Below, piece by piece: positions 7,701 through 15,586 of a DNA stretch of 64,000 bases. Position 1 is the first letter of the stretch, and every line of letters starts with the position of its first letter. This stretch comes from Planctomycetota bacterium (lineage in GTDB: Bacteria; Planctomycetota; PLA2; JAEUHO01). The stretch is from assembly GCA_050248855.1 (NCBI GenBank), contig JBFWRP010000010.1:32001-96000 (forward strand), read 5' to 3'. The position numbers and the translations under genes were made by a program. The notes beneath the pieces are model-generated. The model did no database searches. It saw only the letters and a list, made by a program, of their open reading frames with translations, and was not told the DNA's origin.

Positions 7701-10218
7701 ACTCGATGAGCTCGGTGCCGATGCGGATGCAACCGCGAACGGGGAACTGCTCGAGCAGCTCGACCGCGACATCCGTGGTGTCCTCCGCCAAGTCCGCGGT
7801 GAGGTACGTCATGGCGCGCCGGATGCCCAGGTCCACGCCGTCCACGAGCAGGCGCATCGTGGAGGGATCCTCGCCGCGGCAGCAGACCTCGATGTGGTAC
7901 CAGTCGCCCGGCTGGTAGCCCAGGCGATCGAGCGGCACGTAGATCTCGGCGCCGCGCGGCTCGAGCGTGCTGCCGCATACCCGGAAGACGAGCTCTTGCC
8001 CCTGCTGGCCATCCGTGACGAAGAGCGCCACGCGGTTCTCGAAGCGCTCCATCCCGACGTCGAAGGCCGTCCAGTTGGCGCCGCTGTACGGACGCCACCA
8101 GAACGAGAGCGTGAACGGCTGCGGGCGGCTGTCGCCCGAACGGCGGATGGCGCCGACGGTCTTGGTGTCCCAGCTGCCTTGGTAGCCGGTGAACCAGCCC
8201 TCCGTGTACCACGCGTCGTCGAAGTGCTCGACGACCTGGGCGCCGGGCAGCTGCATGCGGAAGGGCTCGAGGCGCATGTCGCCGAGCTCCTCCCCGCGAC
8301 GGTCGTCGGGATAGACCTCGCGCATCCAGCCCTGCGGCCCGCGCAGGCCGGGCTGCACGAACGCCGTGTTGCGGTCGCGCCAGACCACGTTGTAGGGGAA
8401 CGACGTGACCCACTTGGCGCCCGAGCCCATGGCCAGGCGTTCCTCGAACTCGGTCTGCGAGTCGACGGACCATGTCGCCGGCCCGCCAGGGCCGACCTGG
8501 ATGACCTCGCGACGACCGGCCTCGGCCACCTGCTGCCCCGAACGGTCGTTGACCGTGACGCGGGTCTCGACGTGGTACACGTCCAGCGTGCGGAAGCACC
8601 AGGGCGCCGTGCCCAGGCCCAGCGACGCACTGTGCGGGTTGATCGCGTTCAGGTAGAGCGCGGCCCGCTGGTCGCGCGTGAGCTCATCGCGCTCGACGAG
8701 CTCGCCGATCCAACGACCGAAGTCCTCGGCGTGCCGGAACGGGCCGCCCATGCGGTTGCCGGTCTCGGGGTCCAGACGCACGTCGCCGCGGCGTTCCGCG
8801 ACGATCTGCTCGGCAAGGCGCAGCGCGATCTCGGGGGTGATGATCTTGTCGGGCTCCTTGGCCCCACGCAGATGGACGTTGGCCATCACGGCGAACAGCA
8901 CCTCGCGGGACGCCGTGTTGATGTTGATGGGATGTGGCGCCCACGCGGACAAGGTGGTGCGGCCGCCCTCGAAGGCGATCTCCTCGTCGGCGGCGTTGAC
9001 GCGCCCCGCGAGCATCACCTGGTTCTCCTCCTGGCGGCCTTCCTCGTCGCCCACGAGGGCCACGGTCTGGTAGGCCGTGCGCACACCGTCCGAGATGCGG
9101 ACGATGACGCCGGGCGCGAGGTAGCGCGTGGTGCCCGTGGGGTTGGCGCGGTCGCGCAGCTGGACCACCTCCGGCCCCTCGGCACCGCCCTCGTCGGGCA
9201 ACGCGTTCACGACGAGCTGCGAAGCCAGCCAGCCGCTGCTGGACTCGCGTCGCGCCCACACCGTCAAGTAGGGCAGCAGGCGCTCGAGGCGGTCCGCCAT
9301 GAGCACGCCGCCCTCGCCCCAGGAGGCGATGTCGCGCAGCTCCTCGAGCGTCCGGAACGACGTCAGTCGACCGGGGTGCCGGGCAATCACGTGGGTGGCC
9401 AGCTTGTAGGCCACGTAGTCCACGACCGGCGTGCCCTGGTCATGCGTGGTCGCCTCGCGGTTGTCCTTGAGCGGGGTCTGCCGGAGCGCGCCGCGCTCGC
9501 AGCCGCGGAAGACCGTGCCGTCGAACGACGTGTAGCGAATGACCTCGCCGCCGACCCGGATGAAGCCTCCGCGCGGGTCGAACCCGCCCGGCAGCCCCGC
9601 ATGACCCGAGGCGACATGTTCGACCGCGATGTCGGTGGCGCCTGCGTCCAGCTCCTCTGCCAAGAGCGCACCGCCGAACAGGTTGCCCAGCAGGAACGGG
9701 CTGGCCCCCTCGACGTGGATGCGCGCTTGCGCGTCCTGGACCTCGGCGGTCCAGATGCTGCCGCGATCGTCGGTGATCGGGTCCAAGCCGCGCGCCTTGA
9801 GCCCCGCCGCACGCATGGCGAGCTCGCGATCGCCGAGCCAGCCCTTGAGCACCATGTCCGCGACCTTGGCGCGGAAGCGCTCGTCCGGCGTGATCTCCTC
9901 CAACGAGTCGACCGTCGGATCCGCGTCGATCGAGGTCTCGCCGGCATCCTGGCGCGCCTGCTCTTCGGAGGGCAGGGTGCGCTGCAGCCAGAGCGCCATG
10001 TGCTCGGCCAGCAAACGCGACTCGTCGTCGGCGCGCTGCTGGGCGCCGAGCGCCTGCGTGCGCTCCTCGCCTTGCCGCATCGAGACGGCGAAGGGCAGCG
10101 CGACGAGCACCATGGTCACGAGGATCGTGACCACCAGCAGCAACGCGATGCCGCGCTCGGCAGAGCCGTGCCGCGGGCGCACCGAGTCGTGTCGCGGGTG
10201 CATCGTGGCGTGGACCAT
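4708..10218 (-). CDS. Giant (~1836 aa) PilX/GspK-like minor pilin with LamG-like region and four internal repeats
   Basis: GGGAGG SD before ATG 10218; ERG/IALLLVVTILVTMVLVAL prepilin-like helix lacking E5; GspK-like DAQARIHV and PININTASREVL; LamG-like FTLSFWWRP, WYHIEV, LLVDG. Confidence 0.7.
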   Translation of the reverse strand: MVHATMHPRHDSVRPRHGSAERGIALLLVVTILVTMVLVALPFAVSMRQGEERTQALGAQQRADDESRLLAEHMALWLQRTLPSEEQARQDAGETSIDADPTVDSLEEITPDERFRAKVADMVLKGWLGDRELAMRAAGLKARGLDPITDDRGSIWTAEVQDAQARIHVEGASPFLLGNLFGGALLAEELDAGATDIAVEHVASGHAGLPGGFDPRGGFIRVGGEVIRYTSFDGTVFRGCERGALRQTPLKDNREATTHDQGTPVVDYVAYKLATHVIARHPGRLTSFRTLEELRDIASWGEGGVLMADRLERLLPYLTVWARRESSSGWLASQLVVNALPDEGGAEGPEVVQLRDRANPTGTTRYLAPGVIVRISDGVRTAYQTVALVGDEEGRQEENQVMLAGRVNAADEEIAFEGGRTTLSAWAPHPININTASREVLFAVMANVHLRGAKEPDKIITPEIALRLAEQIVAERRGDVRLDPETGNRMGGPFRHAEDFGRWIGELVERDELTRDQRAALYLNAINPHSASLGLGTAPWCFRTLDVYHVETRVTVNDRSGQQVAEAGRREVIQVGPGGPATWSVDSQTEFEERLAMGSGAKWVTSFPYNVVWRDRNTAFVQPGLRGPQGWMREVYPDDRRGEELGDMRLEPFRMQLPGAQVVEHFDDAWYTEGWFTGYQGSWDTKTVGAIRRSGDSRPQPFTLSFWWRPYSGANWTAFDVGMERFENRVALFVTDGQQGQELVFRVCGSTLEPRGAEIYVPLDRLGYQPGDWYHIEVCCRGEDPSTMRLLVDGVDLGIRRAMTYLTADLAEDTTDVAVELLEQFPVRGCIRIGTELIEYDDLGVDALRTCRRGTRGTQPRSHPAGTPVELMGYALPLTVDLLRGGRTLSTELKKWSAVRIVGGEDTASFTTSDGTPVTLTGYNPENSQPTLTAVPMWDQDLDTALGAFQDEGLALLGCWLPGGGGNGTGGGGTGAPAAGAPKLGGWEVVHYTRQSSSFSVTRYQQTAWQGAAEPYFLITRVDTYNMDYPCFLVPISVHAAGGGGTAGEDYLNPENTPDRDILGRYYEGEEHNAFVLLGTDTPDGQHEVIAYNSIDRERASQGVYFVRDRQIGNLTGHFFGQTYTIPGSGSGGDPTPDPGPDPQPDPDPNDGTGPVPPGGIPPGQREPSDEAPGSGEGDTPDGGSSGLPTEPGVGDGSDDTEPADDTEGEAGDERGGLETGSESAREDGGGTTTTPPDPDEPPIDSSGAGDDEGAADDVDPVPPTDEAPGAWEEEDPPVDTADTSDVPWTMPTGPETARQLAAFRGVLNTFDRDHSGSTGDRNDRFLPCFRVFEGVQLAPYGRAGAFDRVTFHDGTEGGENRFEAAVRWGHEYSGWCALEDFTDRVVRASETGANVRRSDTRGYARMLKFPCGEMPEMLPDTIEFARSSISNSGVVTAFLDEVHLWRHPLQEKLVLVNEDGVAADARSILLKPTVSTYLSRSEIDGASSPCGAVILDGEIIIYRGISEEDDGIVLEDCARGQLGSRAAPHAVGSGAWFLPDVFVSYLEGGLEIESSTITIANLKTWPREGLVRILSGEDGELVHYTRRTEESLLMPESLDVDEADRGRGLFRGRFGTTATQHDSQAIVVFQPFRYWDRYTPRTVEEKGFEGVFVHPESSYLELGTARQDAWWHGFTWKENLTGAPVSETSERRSEGEALELLDIVVMARFNPNVAWDTKQILDLRSDDPFSRDQVDPGEAAKSSLFLFDDPGDFHYAQNRVGNALGLEAPVAEFRVYFAYKLGAWYGNDERESGQRMQDDDRVLPAWWKRTPWFQSLESTVSYRTRVLYSTPLGNR

Positions 10219-10352
10219 GGTCAACCTCCCGGCGTCGCGGCGGCAGCCCTCCACGACGTGGTTTCCGTCCCGCCCCATCATGCTCGCAAGCGGCATCGAC
10301 CTGGCCGGCGGGGCGTAGCGTGACATCGTGCTCGGGATCGGGGCGGTGCACG

Positions 10353-12026
10353 TCATCGGAGCAGCTCCCCGATCTCACCGGGGCCCGCGCCCATGGGCGG
10401 CCGCCGGACCACGAGGGCGTGGACGTCGGCGAACCGCTCGCCGGCGGGCACGTCCAGCTGGATCTCCAGGGGCCGCCCCTCGAGGCGCTCGAACCAGCCG
10501 CCGGGCAGCGTCAGCTCCAGCGGAGCCAAGCCCGGCTCGAGCGCGGTCGCGGTGGCGTCCGACATGCGGGCCTCGACCGTGAGATCGAGCTGGGGCAGGC
10601 GCCACGTGGTGCCCAAGGGCCCGTCCACGTCGAGTCGCAGCACGTCGGCACAGGCCAGCGCGTCGGGAACGCGCCAATGCCAGCGCGTGACGGAGCCCGC
10701 GGGGACCCGCGTGGTTGCACCCTGGGCCAGCGCCGCGCCCGAGACGAAGCGCAGGGCGCGAGCCGGCACGCGGCGTTCGAGCGGCATCGGCGGGACGTCG
10801 CCTCCGAAGAACCGCAGCTCGCGGAAGAGCGATGCCTCGGCCTCGCCGAACGGGTGAACGCCCTCGGCGGCCAGCAGCGTGCGCTCGCCTGCGGGCAGCT
10901 CCACGGGAGCGCCGGCGCCAGCCGGCCACCAAAGCCCCCGGCTGCCCTCGGCCAACGCCACGACCGGATGTCCGGCGGCGATCTCCGCCGTGCCCTCGGT
11001 GCCGCCGGGACGCACGCCTGCGTCCAGCTCCACGTGCGCCGCGCCGGCAAGCAGGACGAAGAGACCTCCCTGGTCATCGAGGCGCACCGGCAACGCGCGT
11101 GCACCCGCCGTCATGCGCACCGCGCCTCGCGATGCGGCCAGCACGGCGCGGCCGCCCCCGAGCAGCTCGACGCCGTCGCCCAGGGAACGCACGTCCATGC
11201 CCTCGGGCCACGGTGCGATGGCCAGCGGCGCGCGCTCGTCCACGACGACGAGCGCGTCGCCCGCAAAGCCGACGCCCATCCACTCTTCACGCCCCGCCTC
11301 GAGCTCGCTGCCGACGGCGAGGAAGTGCACGGGCTCGCCACGCGGCATGCGCCGCACGCTCGACGCCCAGTCCATACGACGGACGAACGTCGGCGACAGG
11401 CCGGGCCGGGCCTCGGCACGGCGCAGCGACCACGGCGACCAGAGGAACAGGCCGGCCAGCACGGCCGCGGCCGCGGCGAACGCACGCCAGCCGCCGCGAC
11501 CTCTACGGCGCGACGGCGCAGGCCCGGTCGAAGCCACGACACGCAGCGCAACGCCACGCGGTGCAACGTCGCTCGGTGCAACGCTGCCGTCCGCTCGCGA
11601 TGGCGACACGGCGGCAGAGGGCGCGGCGGGGATGGCCGCCCCGGGGGCTTGTGCGCCGAGGGCGACAAGCACGTCCCGCAGACGAGCAGGGAGCCCGGCT
11701 TGTCCGGCGCCGGCCTGCGCGTCCACGTCGGCTTCGGCACCCGCGAGATCCACGGCCAGCTCGCGGACGGTCGACGCGGTCACGCCGCCGACGCCACCGG
11801 GCAGACCGCTCGCGTCGCCCGCGGCGAGGGCGGCGCGCACCTCGTCGACGACGCGCGCATCCACCGCGTCGGGGGCGACACCTGCGTCGGCGTCGGCTTC
11901 GGCCTCGGCCTCGGCTTCGACGGACAGGGCGGCCAGGGCGGCCAGGAGCGCGGCCAGGCTCGGGGCGGCGACGTCCTCGGGCAGGAGGCCGTCAGCGCGG
12001 GCAGGGGGGAAGGGTTCGTCAGGCAT
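10353..12026 (-). CDS. Membrane-anchored FecR-like / anti-sigma-like protein
   Basis: Ala/acidic N-terminus, one TM segment (WRAFAAAAAVLAGLFLW), then a beta-rich region resembling FecR; start taken at MPDEP. Confidence 0.5.
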   Translation of the reverse strand: MPDEPFPPARADGLLPEDVAAPSLAALLAALAALSVEAEAEAEADADAGVAPDAVDARVVDEVRAALAAGDASGLPGGVGGVTASTVRELAVDLAGAEADVDAQAGAGQAGLPARLRDVLVALGAQAPGAAIPAAPSAAVSPSRADGSVAPSDVAPRGVALRVVASTGPAPSRRRGRGGWRAFAAAAAVLAGLFLWSPWSLRRAEARPGLSPTFVRRMDWASSVRRMPRGEPVHFLAVGSELEAGREEWMGVGFAGDALVVVDERAPLAIAPWPEGMDVRSLGDGVELLGGGRAVLAASRGAVRMTAGARALPVRLDDQGGLFVLLAGAAHVELDAGVRPGGTEGTAEIAAGHPVVALAEGSRGLWWPAGAGAPVELPAGERTLLAAEGVHPFGEAEASLFRELRFFGGDVPPMPLERRVPARALRFVSGAALAQGATTRVPAGSVTRWHWRVPDALACADVLRLDVDGPLGTTWRLPQLDLTVEARMSDATATALEPGLAPLELTLPGGWFERLEGRPLEIQLDVPAGERFADVHALVVRRPPMGAGPGEIGELLR

Positions 12027-12225
12027 GGCTCGTGGCGTTCGGGACGACCCGGCCGGATCCCGGTCAGGGGCGCGGGCACCTGCCAGGGGTCTTGGCAGGC
12101 GAGCTGGCACCGGCCTGCGTGGCCGGGCTCCCGTCCATCTCTTGGTAGCCGCCGACCACGGCGACCGGACACCCCGGGTGCGGCCTGGGCCCCGGAAACC
12201 GGGACCTGGCGGGCTGCGCTCGCCC

Positions 12226-13287
12226 CTACCGAGGGGAGAGGACCACCTCGCGCTCGAGGACCTCGCCGTGCCGGACGATGCGCACGGCGACGCGCTGGCC
12301 CGGCCGGTACGCCAGCAGGGCATCCCCAAGGCTCAGGGGCTCGGGAAGGGGGCGCCCGCCGAGACCGACGAGCAGGTCGTGGATCTCGAGCCCCGCCTTG
12401 GCAGCGGCTCCCGTCGGGTCCAGACGGAGCACCAGATGGCCGCCCGGGACGCCGAGGTGCGCTCGGAGCGCCGAGTCGGCTGGACGCGTCCACACGCCCA
12501 GGACACCCCGCGGAACCGCGCCGTGGCGGGCGAGCAGCGAGGCCACGAGCCGGGCCCGTCCCATCGGGACCCCCAGGGCGGGGCCGGGGCGAGGCCGCTC
12601 GGGCTCGCTGCCGGGGCTGGCGGCAACGGCGACGGTCAGGGCCACGACGTGTCCGTCGGCATCCACCCAAGGGGCCCCCACGTCCTCGGGCAAGGCGGCC
12701 AGGGCCGCCTCCAGGAGGCCCGTGGACGGCGCCGTCCCGAGGCTCGGCACCTGGACGGCCACGTGGCGCTCGGTCGCACGGACCGCGCCGAGAGCGAGGA
12801 CGCCGTCCGCCCCCACGAGCGCGACGGCCATCCCGCGGGGGTCGGCCCCGTCGTCCGCGCCGACTCCCTCCGGGAAGCGATCGTCGCTCGCCGCGGGCAT
12901 CGACGCCCAGGGCGATCCGAGCACCGTCAGGAAGGTCTCCGGGTCACGGCCCAGGACCGGGACCTCGGCCGAGGGCCCGTCTTCGCGACGCGCGATCCAC
13001 CGGCCGGGCGTCAGTGGCGTCGGGCCGGCCGCCACGATGGGCCCGCTCCCACCGAGGACCAGCCCGACCCGCCGCTCGGCGGCGCTCGGGCGCTCGGTCG
13101 GCACCCAGGTCAAGTGCACGAGGGCGGGCCGCAACGCAGCGGCCGCGGCTCGGAGGGCCTCGTCGTCGGACTTCCCGGAAGCCTGCGGTCCGCGAGGCGC
13201 TGCCGGGGGATCCCCCGCGCGCACCACGCCTGGCGCGAAGAGCATCGCGCCCAGCGCCATGAGCAGCGCGGAGCCGGCCGGCCGCAC
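12226..13287 (-). CDS. HtrA-like trypsin-fold + PDZ protein, catalytic motif degenerate
   Basis: Signal peptide; VLGRDPETFLTVL; PEDVGAPWVDADGHVVAL where PGNSGGPL is expected; PDZ motifs GVLGV and AAKAGLEIHDLLV. Confidence 0.75.
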   Translation of the reverse strand: MRPAGSALLMALGAMLFAPGVVRAGDPPAAPRGPQASGKSDDEALRAAAAALRPALVHLTWVPTERPSAAERRVGLVLGGSGPIVAAGPTPLTPGRWIARREDGPSAEVPVLGRDPETFLTVLGSPWASMPAASDDRFPEGVGADDGADPRGMAVALVGADGVLALGAVRATERHVAVQVPSLGTAPSTGLLEAALAALPEDVGAPWVDADGHVVALTVAVAASPGSEPERPRPGPALGVPMGRARLVASLLARHGAVPRGVLGVWTRPADSALRAHLGVPGGHLVLRLDPTGAAAKAGLEIHDLLVGLGGRPLPEPLSLGDALLAYRPGQRVAVRIVRHGEVLEREVVLSPR

Positions 13288-13290
13288 GGT

Positions 13291-14049
13291 TCAGTTCCTC
13301 TCGACGGGCGCCTGCGCGTCGTCCGACGCCCGGGGCACGCCGAAGAACGGGTCCACGGCACGTTCGAAGGCACGCGGCGCGTGGATGCGGAGCGGGAGGA
13401 TGCGCAGCGCGCGACCCGCCCACGGGTCCACCTCCGGTCGCGGGACCTGCGGCCAGCCCACGGTGCGCGCGGCGCCGCCCGCTCCGCCGGCCTCGCTCCA
13501 GCCCCAACGCAGTCCCCCGGGCTCCGGACCGAGGGGCTCCAAGAGCTCCGCCCGCGGGTCGGGACCCGCCGCCAGGCGCGCAGGCGCGCCGCCCTCGGGC
13601 ACACGCGTCCACGCGAGGCCCACGCCGGCCATGAGGGCCGCGGCCATCGCGGCGCGGCGCCAGCGGGCCAAGCTCGCGGGCGCCTGCAGGAACGCGTCCC
13701 CGAGCACGGCGCGACGCCACGCTTGGCTGCCCGGCTCCGGCAGGCGTGCCGTCACCTCCGCCACGACGTCGGCCGCACGATCCCGACGCGCCGCAAGCGC
13801 CAAGCGATGCCTCAACGCCCCGACGCGCCGTGCGTCCGCGGCGGAAAGCGGTGCGGCGCCCTCGAGCGCGGCATCGAGGCGTCGCTGCCAAGCGGACGCA
13901 CGCAGACCGCGTGGGTCGGCCGCGGACACGGTGTCCAGGTCGAGGGCACTCTCCAGCTCGACCGCAAGCTCGGCGAGCACGCGCGAGAGCTCGCCGCGAG
14001 GCCCGGCCTCGGGACTCCCGCTACCGGGGTGCGGATGCGGGGCGCTCAC
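13291..14049 (-). CDS. Putative anti-sigma factor (single TM)
   Basis: GTGA-coupled to the ECF sigma gene; central TM segment AAMAAALMAGVGLAW. Confidence 0.55.
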   Translation of the reverse strand: MSAPHPHPGSGSPEAGPRGELSRVLAELAVELESALDLDTVSAADPRGLRASAWQRRLDAALEGAAPLSAADARRVGALRHRLALAARRDRAADVVAEVTARLPEPGSQAWRRAVLGDAFLQAPASLARWRRAAMAAALMAGVGLAWTRVPEGGAPARLAAGPDPRAELLEPLGPEPGGLRWGWSEAGGAGGAARTVGWPQVPRPEVDPWAGRALRILPLRIHAPRAFERAVDPFFGVPRASDDAQAPVERN

Positions 14050-14774
14050 GACGTGGGCTCCTGGAGCAGGTTCGGCCCCACCCGCTCGTCCCAGGCCTCG
14101 CGGAACAAGGCACGCGCGCGATGGATGCGCCAGCGTGCCGTGGGGTACGTGCAGTCGGTGACGGCCGCGATCTCGCGCGGCGACATGCCGTGCAGGTCAC
14201 GCAGCGTGAGCGCCGTCCGGTACTCGACGGGCAACGTGGCGAGAACCTCCCGCACGAGGCGGCCCGTCTCGACCGAACGCAGATCGTCGGCCACGTCCTC
14301 GCTGCCACGTGCACCCGCCGCGCCTTCCACGTCGTCCACGGGCAGCGCATGCCGACGTCGACGGCGCAGGAGATCGATGGCGAGGTTGCGCGCGATGCGG
14401 TACAGCCAGTTGACGAAGTCGCGTCGCTCGTCGTAGCGGTCCAGCGAGGCGTAGACGCGGAGGAAGGTCTCCTGGGCGACGTCGCGGGCCTCGTCGGCGT
14501 CGAGCAGGATGTCGTGCGCCAGCCAGTACACGCGACGCTGGTAGCGCTCGACGAGGCGTGGGAAGGCCGCCGGGTCGCCCCCGCGCACGGCGCGTACGAG
14601 CGCTGCATCCTCGGCGTGCCGCCGCGCCCGTCGCTCGGCGCGATCCTTGGCCTGTCCCTTCAGGGCCTCGGCCCGGGCGCCCAGGGCGCTGGCCGTGGCG
14701 GGCACGGTCGCAGCCGCGATCGCAGCCGCTCCCGCGGGCGTGGCCGCAAGCGGGGGTGTGTGCTCCAGTCCCAT
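14046..14774 (-). CDS. ECF RNA polymerase sigma factor (RpoE-like)
   Basis: AFPRLVERYQ, DVAQETFLRVY, WLYRIARNLAID, region 4 LPVEYR...EIA...RIHRAR; start uncertain. Confidence 0.92.
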   Translation of the reverse strand: MGLEHTPPLAATPAGAAAIAAATVPATASALGARAEALKGQAKDRAERRARRHAEDAALVRAVRGGDPAAFPRLVERYQRRVYWLAHDILLDADEARDVAQETFLRVYASLDRYDERRDFVNWLYRIARNLAIDLLRRRRRHALPVDDVEGAAGARGSEDVADDLRSVETGRLVREVLATLPVEYRTALTLRDLHGMSPREIAAVTDCTYPTARWRIHRARALFREAWDERVGPNLLQEPTS

Positions 14775-14950
14775 GGCGCCCAACCTACGACGGGGTCGGC
14801 GCCGGTGTTGGACTCGGGCCGTCCGGCGCACGCGTGGCGCGCGTAGCATGGAGCGATGCCCGCCCCCGGCCCTGTCCGCCGACGGGCCGTGGCGCCCCGC
14901 CGCGGTCGACCCGCCGTCCGGCCCGTCCGCTGCCCCGGGAGGACCGGCGC

Positions 14951-15577
14951 GTGAAGCGCTTGACCCGGGACGAGGAGGCGGCGCTGGTGGCTCGCTGCGC
15001 CCTCGGCGAGCCCGAGGCTTGGCCCGAGCTGGTCGACGTCTACGGGCCCCTGGTGCGGGCGCTGGCCCAGCGGATGCTGCTTCGGCGGTCGGGACGCGCC
15101 GCCGCCCCGGACGTCGACGAGGTGGTCGCCGACGTCTTCCTGGCCCTGGTCCGCCGCGATCGGCTCCTGCTGAGCCGCTTCGACCCCACCTACCGCTTCT
15201 CGACCTACCTCGGCGTGATCTGCCGCACGCAGGTAGTCCGCCTGCTCCGGCGCGCCGGGCGCCGCCCGGTCCCCGTCGAGGAGCTGGGCCAGGTGCCAGG
15301 ACGGGAGACCGATCTCGGGCCGGCCGGGGCCCTGCGCGAGCAGGAGCGGGCCGAGGCCCTGGCCTCCCTGCGTGCGGCCCTGGAGGAGCTCGGCGAGCGC
15401 GACCGGCTGCTGCTGACGCTGCGCTTCCTCGACGGCCAGGACTACCGGGCCATCGCCCGTGCGCTCGCGATCAGCCCCGAGAGCGTCGGCCAGCTCCTCA
15501 CCCGCGCCAAGGCCCGCCTGCGTGAGCGCGTCCCCCACCTCGAACGCTGGCTCGCGCCCGTCGAGGACGAGGGGTAG
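14951..15577 (+). CDS. ECF RNA polymerase sigma factor (divergent from the first)
   Basis: AWPELVDVYGPLV, DEVVADVF, FSTYLGVI, LGERDRLLL...YRAIA...LLTRAK; GTG start at 14951. Confidence 0.88.
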   Translation: MKRLTRDEEAALVARCALGEPEAWPELVDVYGPLVRALAQRMLLRRSGRAAAPDVDEVVADVFLALVRRDRLLLSRFDPTYRFSTYLGVICRTQVVRLLRRAGRRPVPVEELGQVPGRETDLGPAGALREQERAEALASLRAALEELGERDRLLLTLRFLDGQDYRAIARALAISPESVGQLLTRAKARLRERVPHLERWLAPVEDEG

Positions 15578-15586
15578 CGCCCCTCT

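Noticed and set aside
5629..10323. Very long plus-strand ORFs (also 26157-29936, 42004-45186, 59400-62237 and others)
   Set aside because: They are antisense or alternate-frame shadows of real genes, expected in high-GC DNA, and show no recognisable motifs.
11543..11590. Imperfect 15-bp repeats in the FecR-like gene
   Set aside because: Degenerate in-frame linker repeat with no evident significance.
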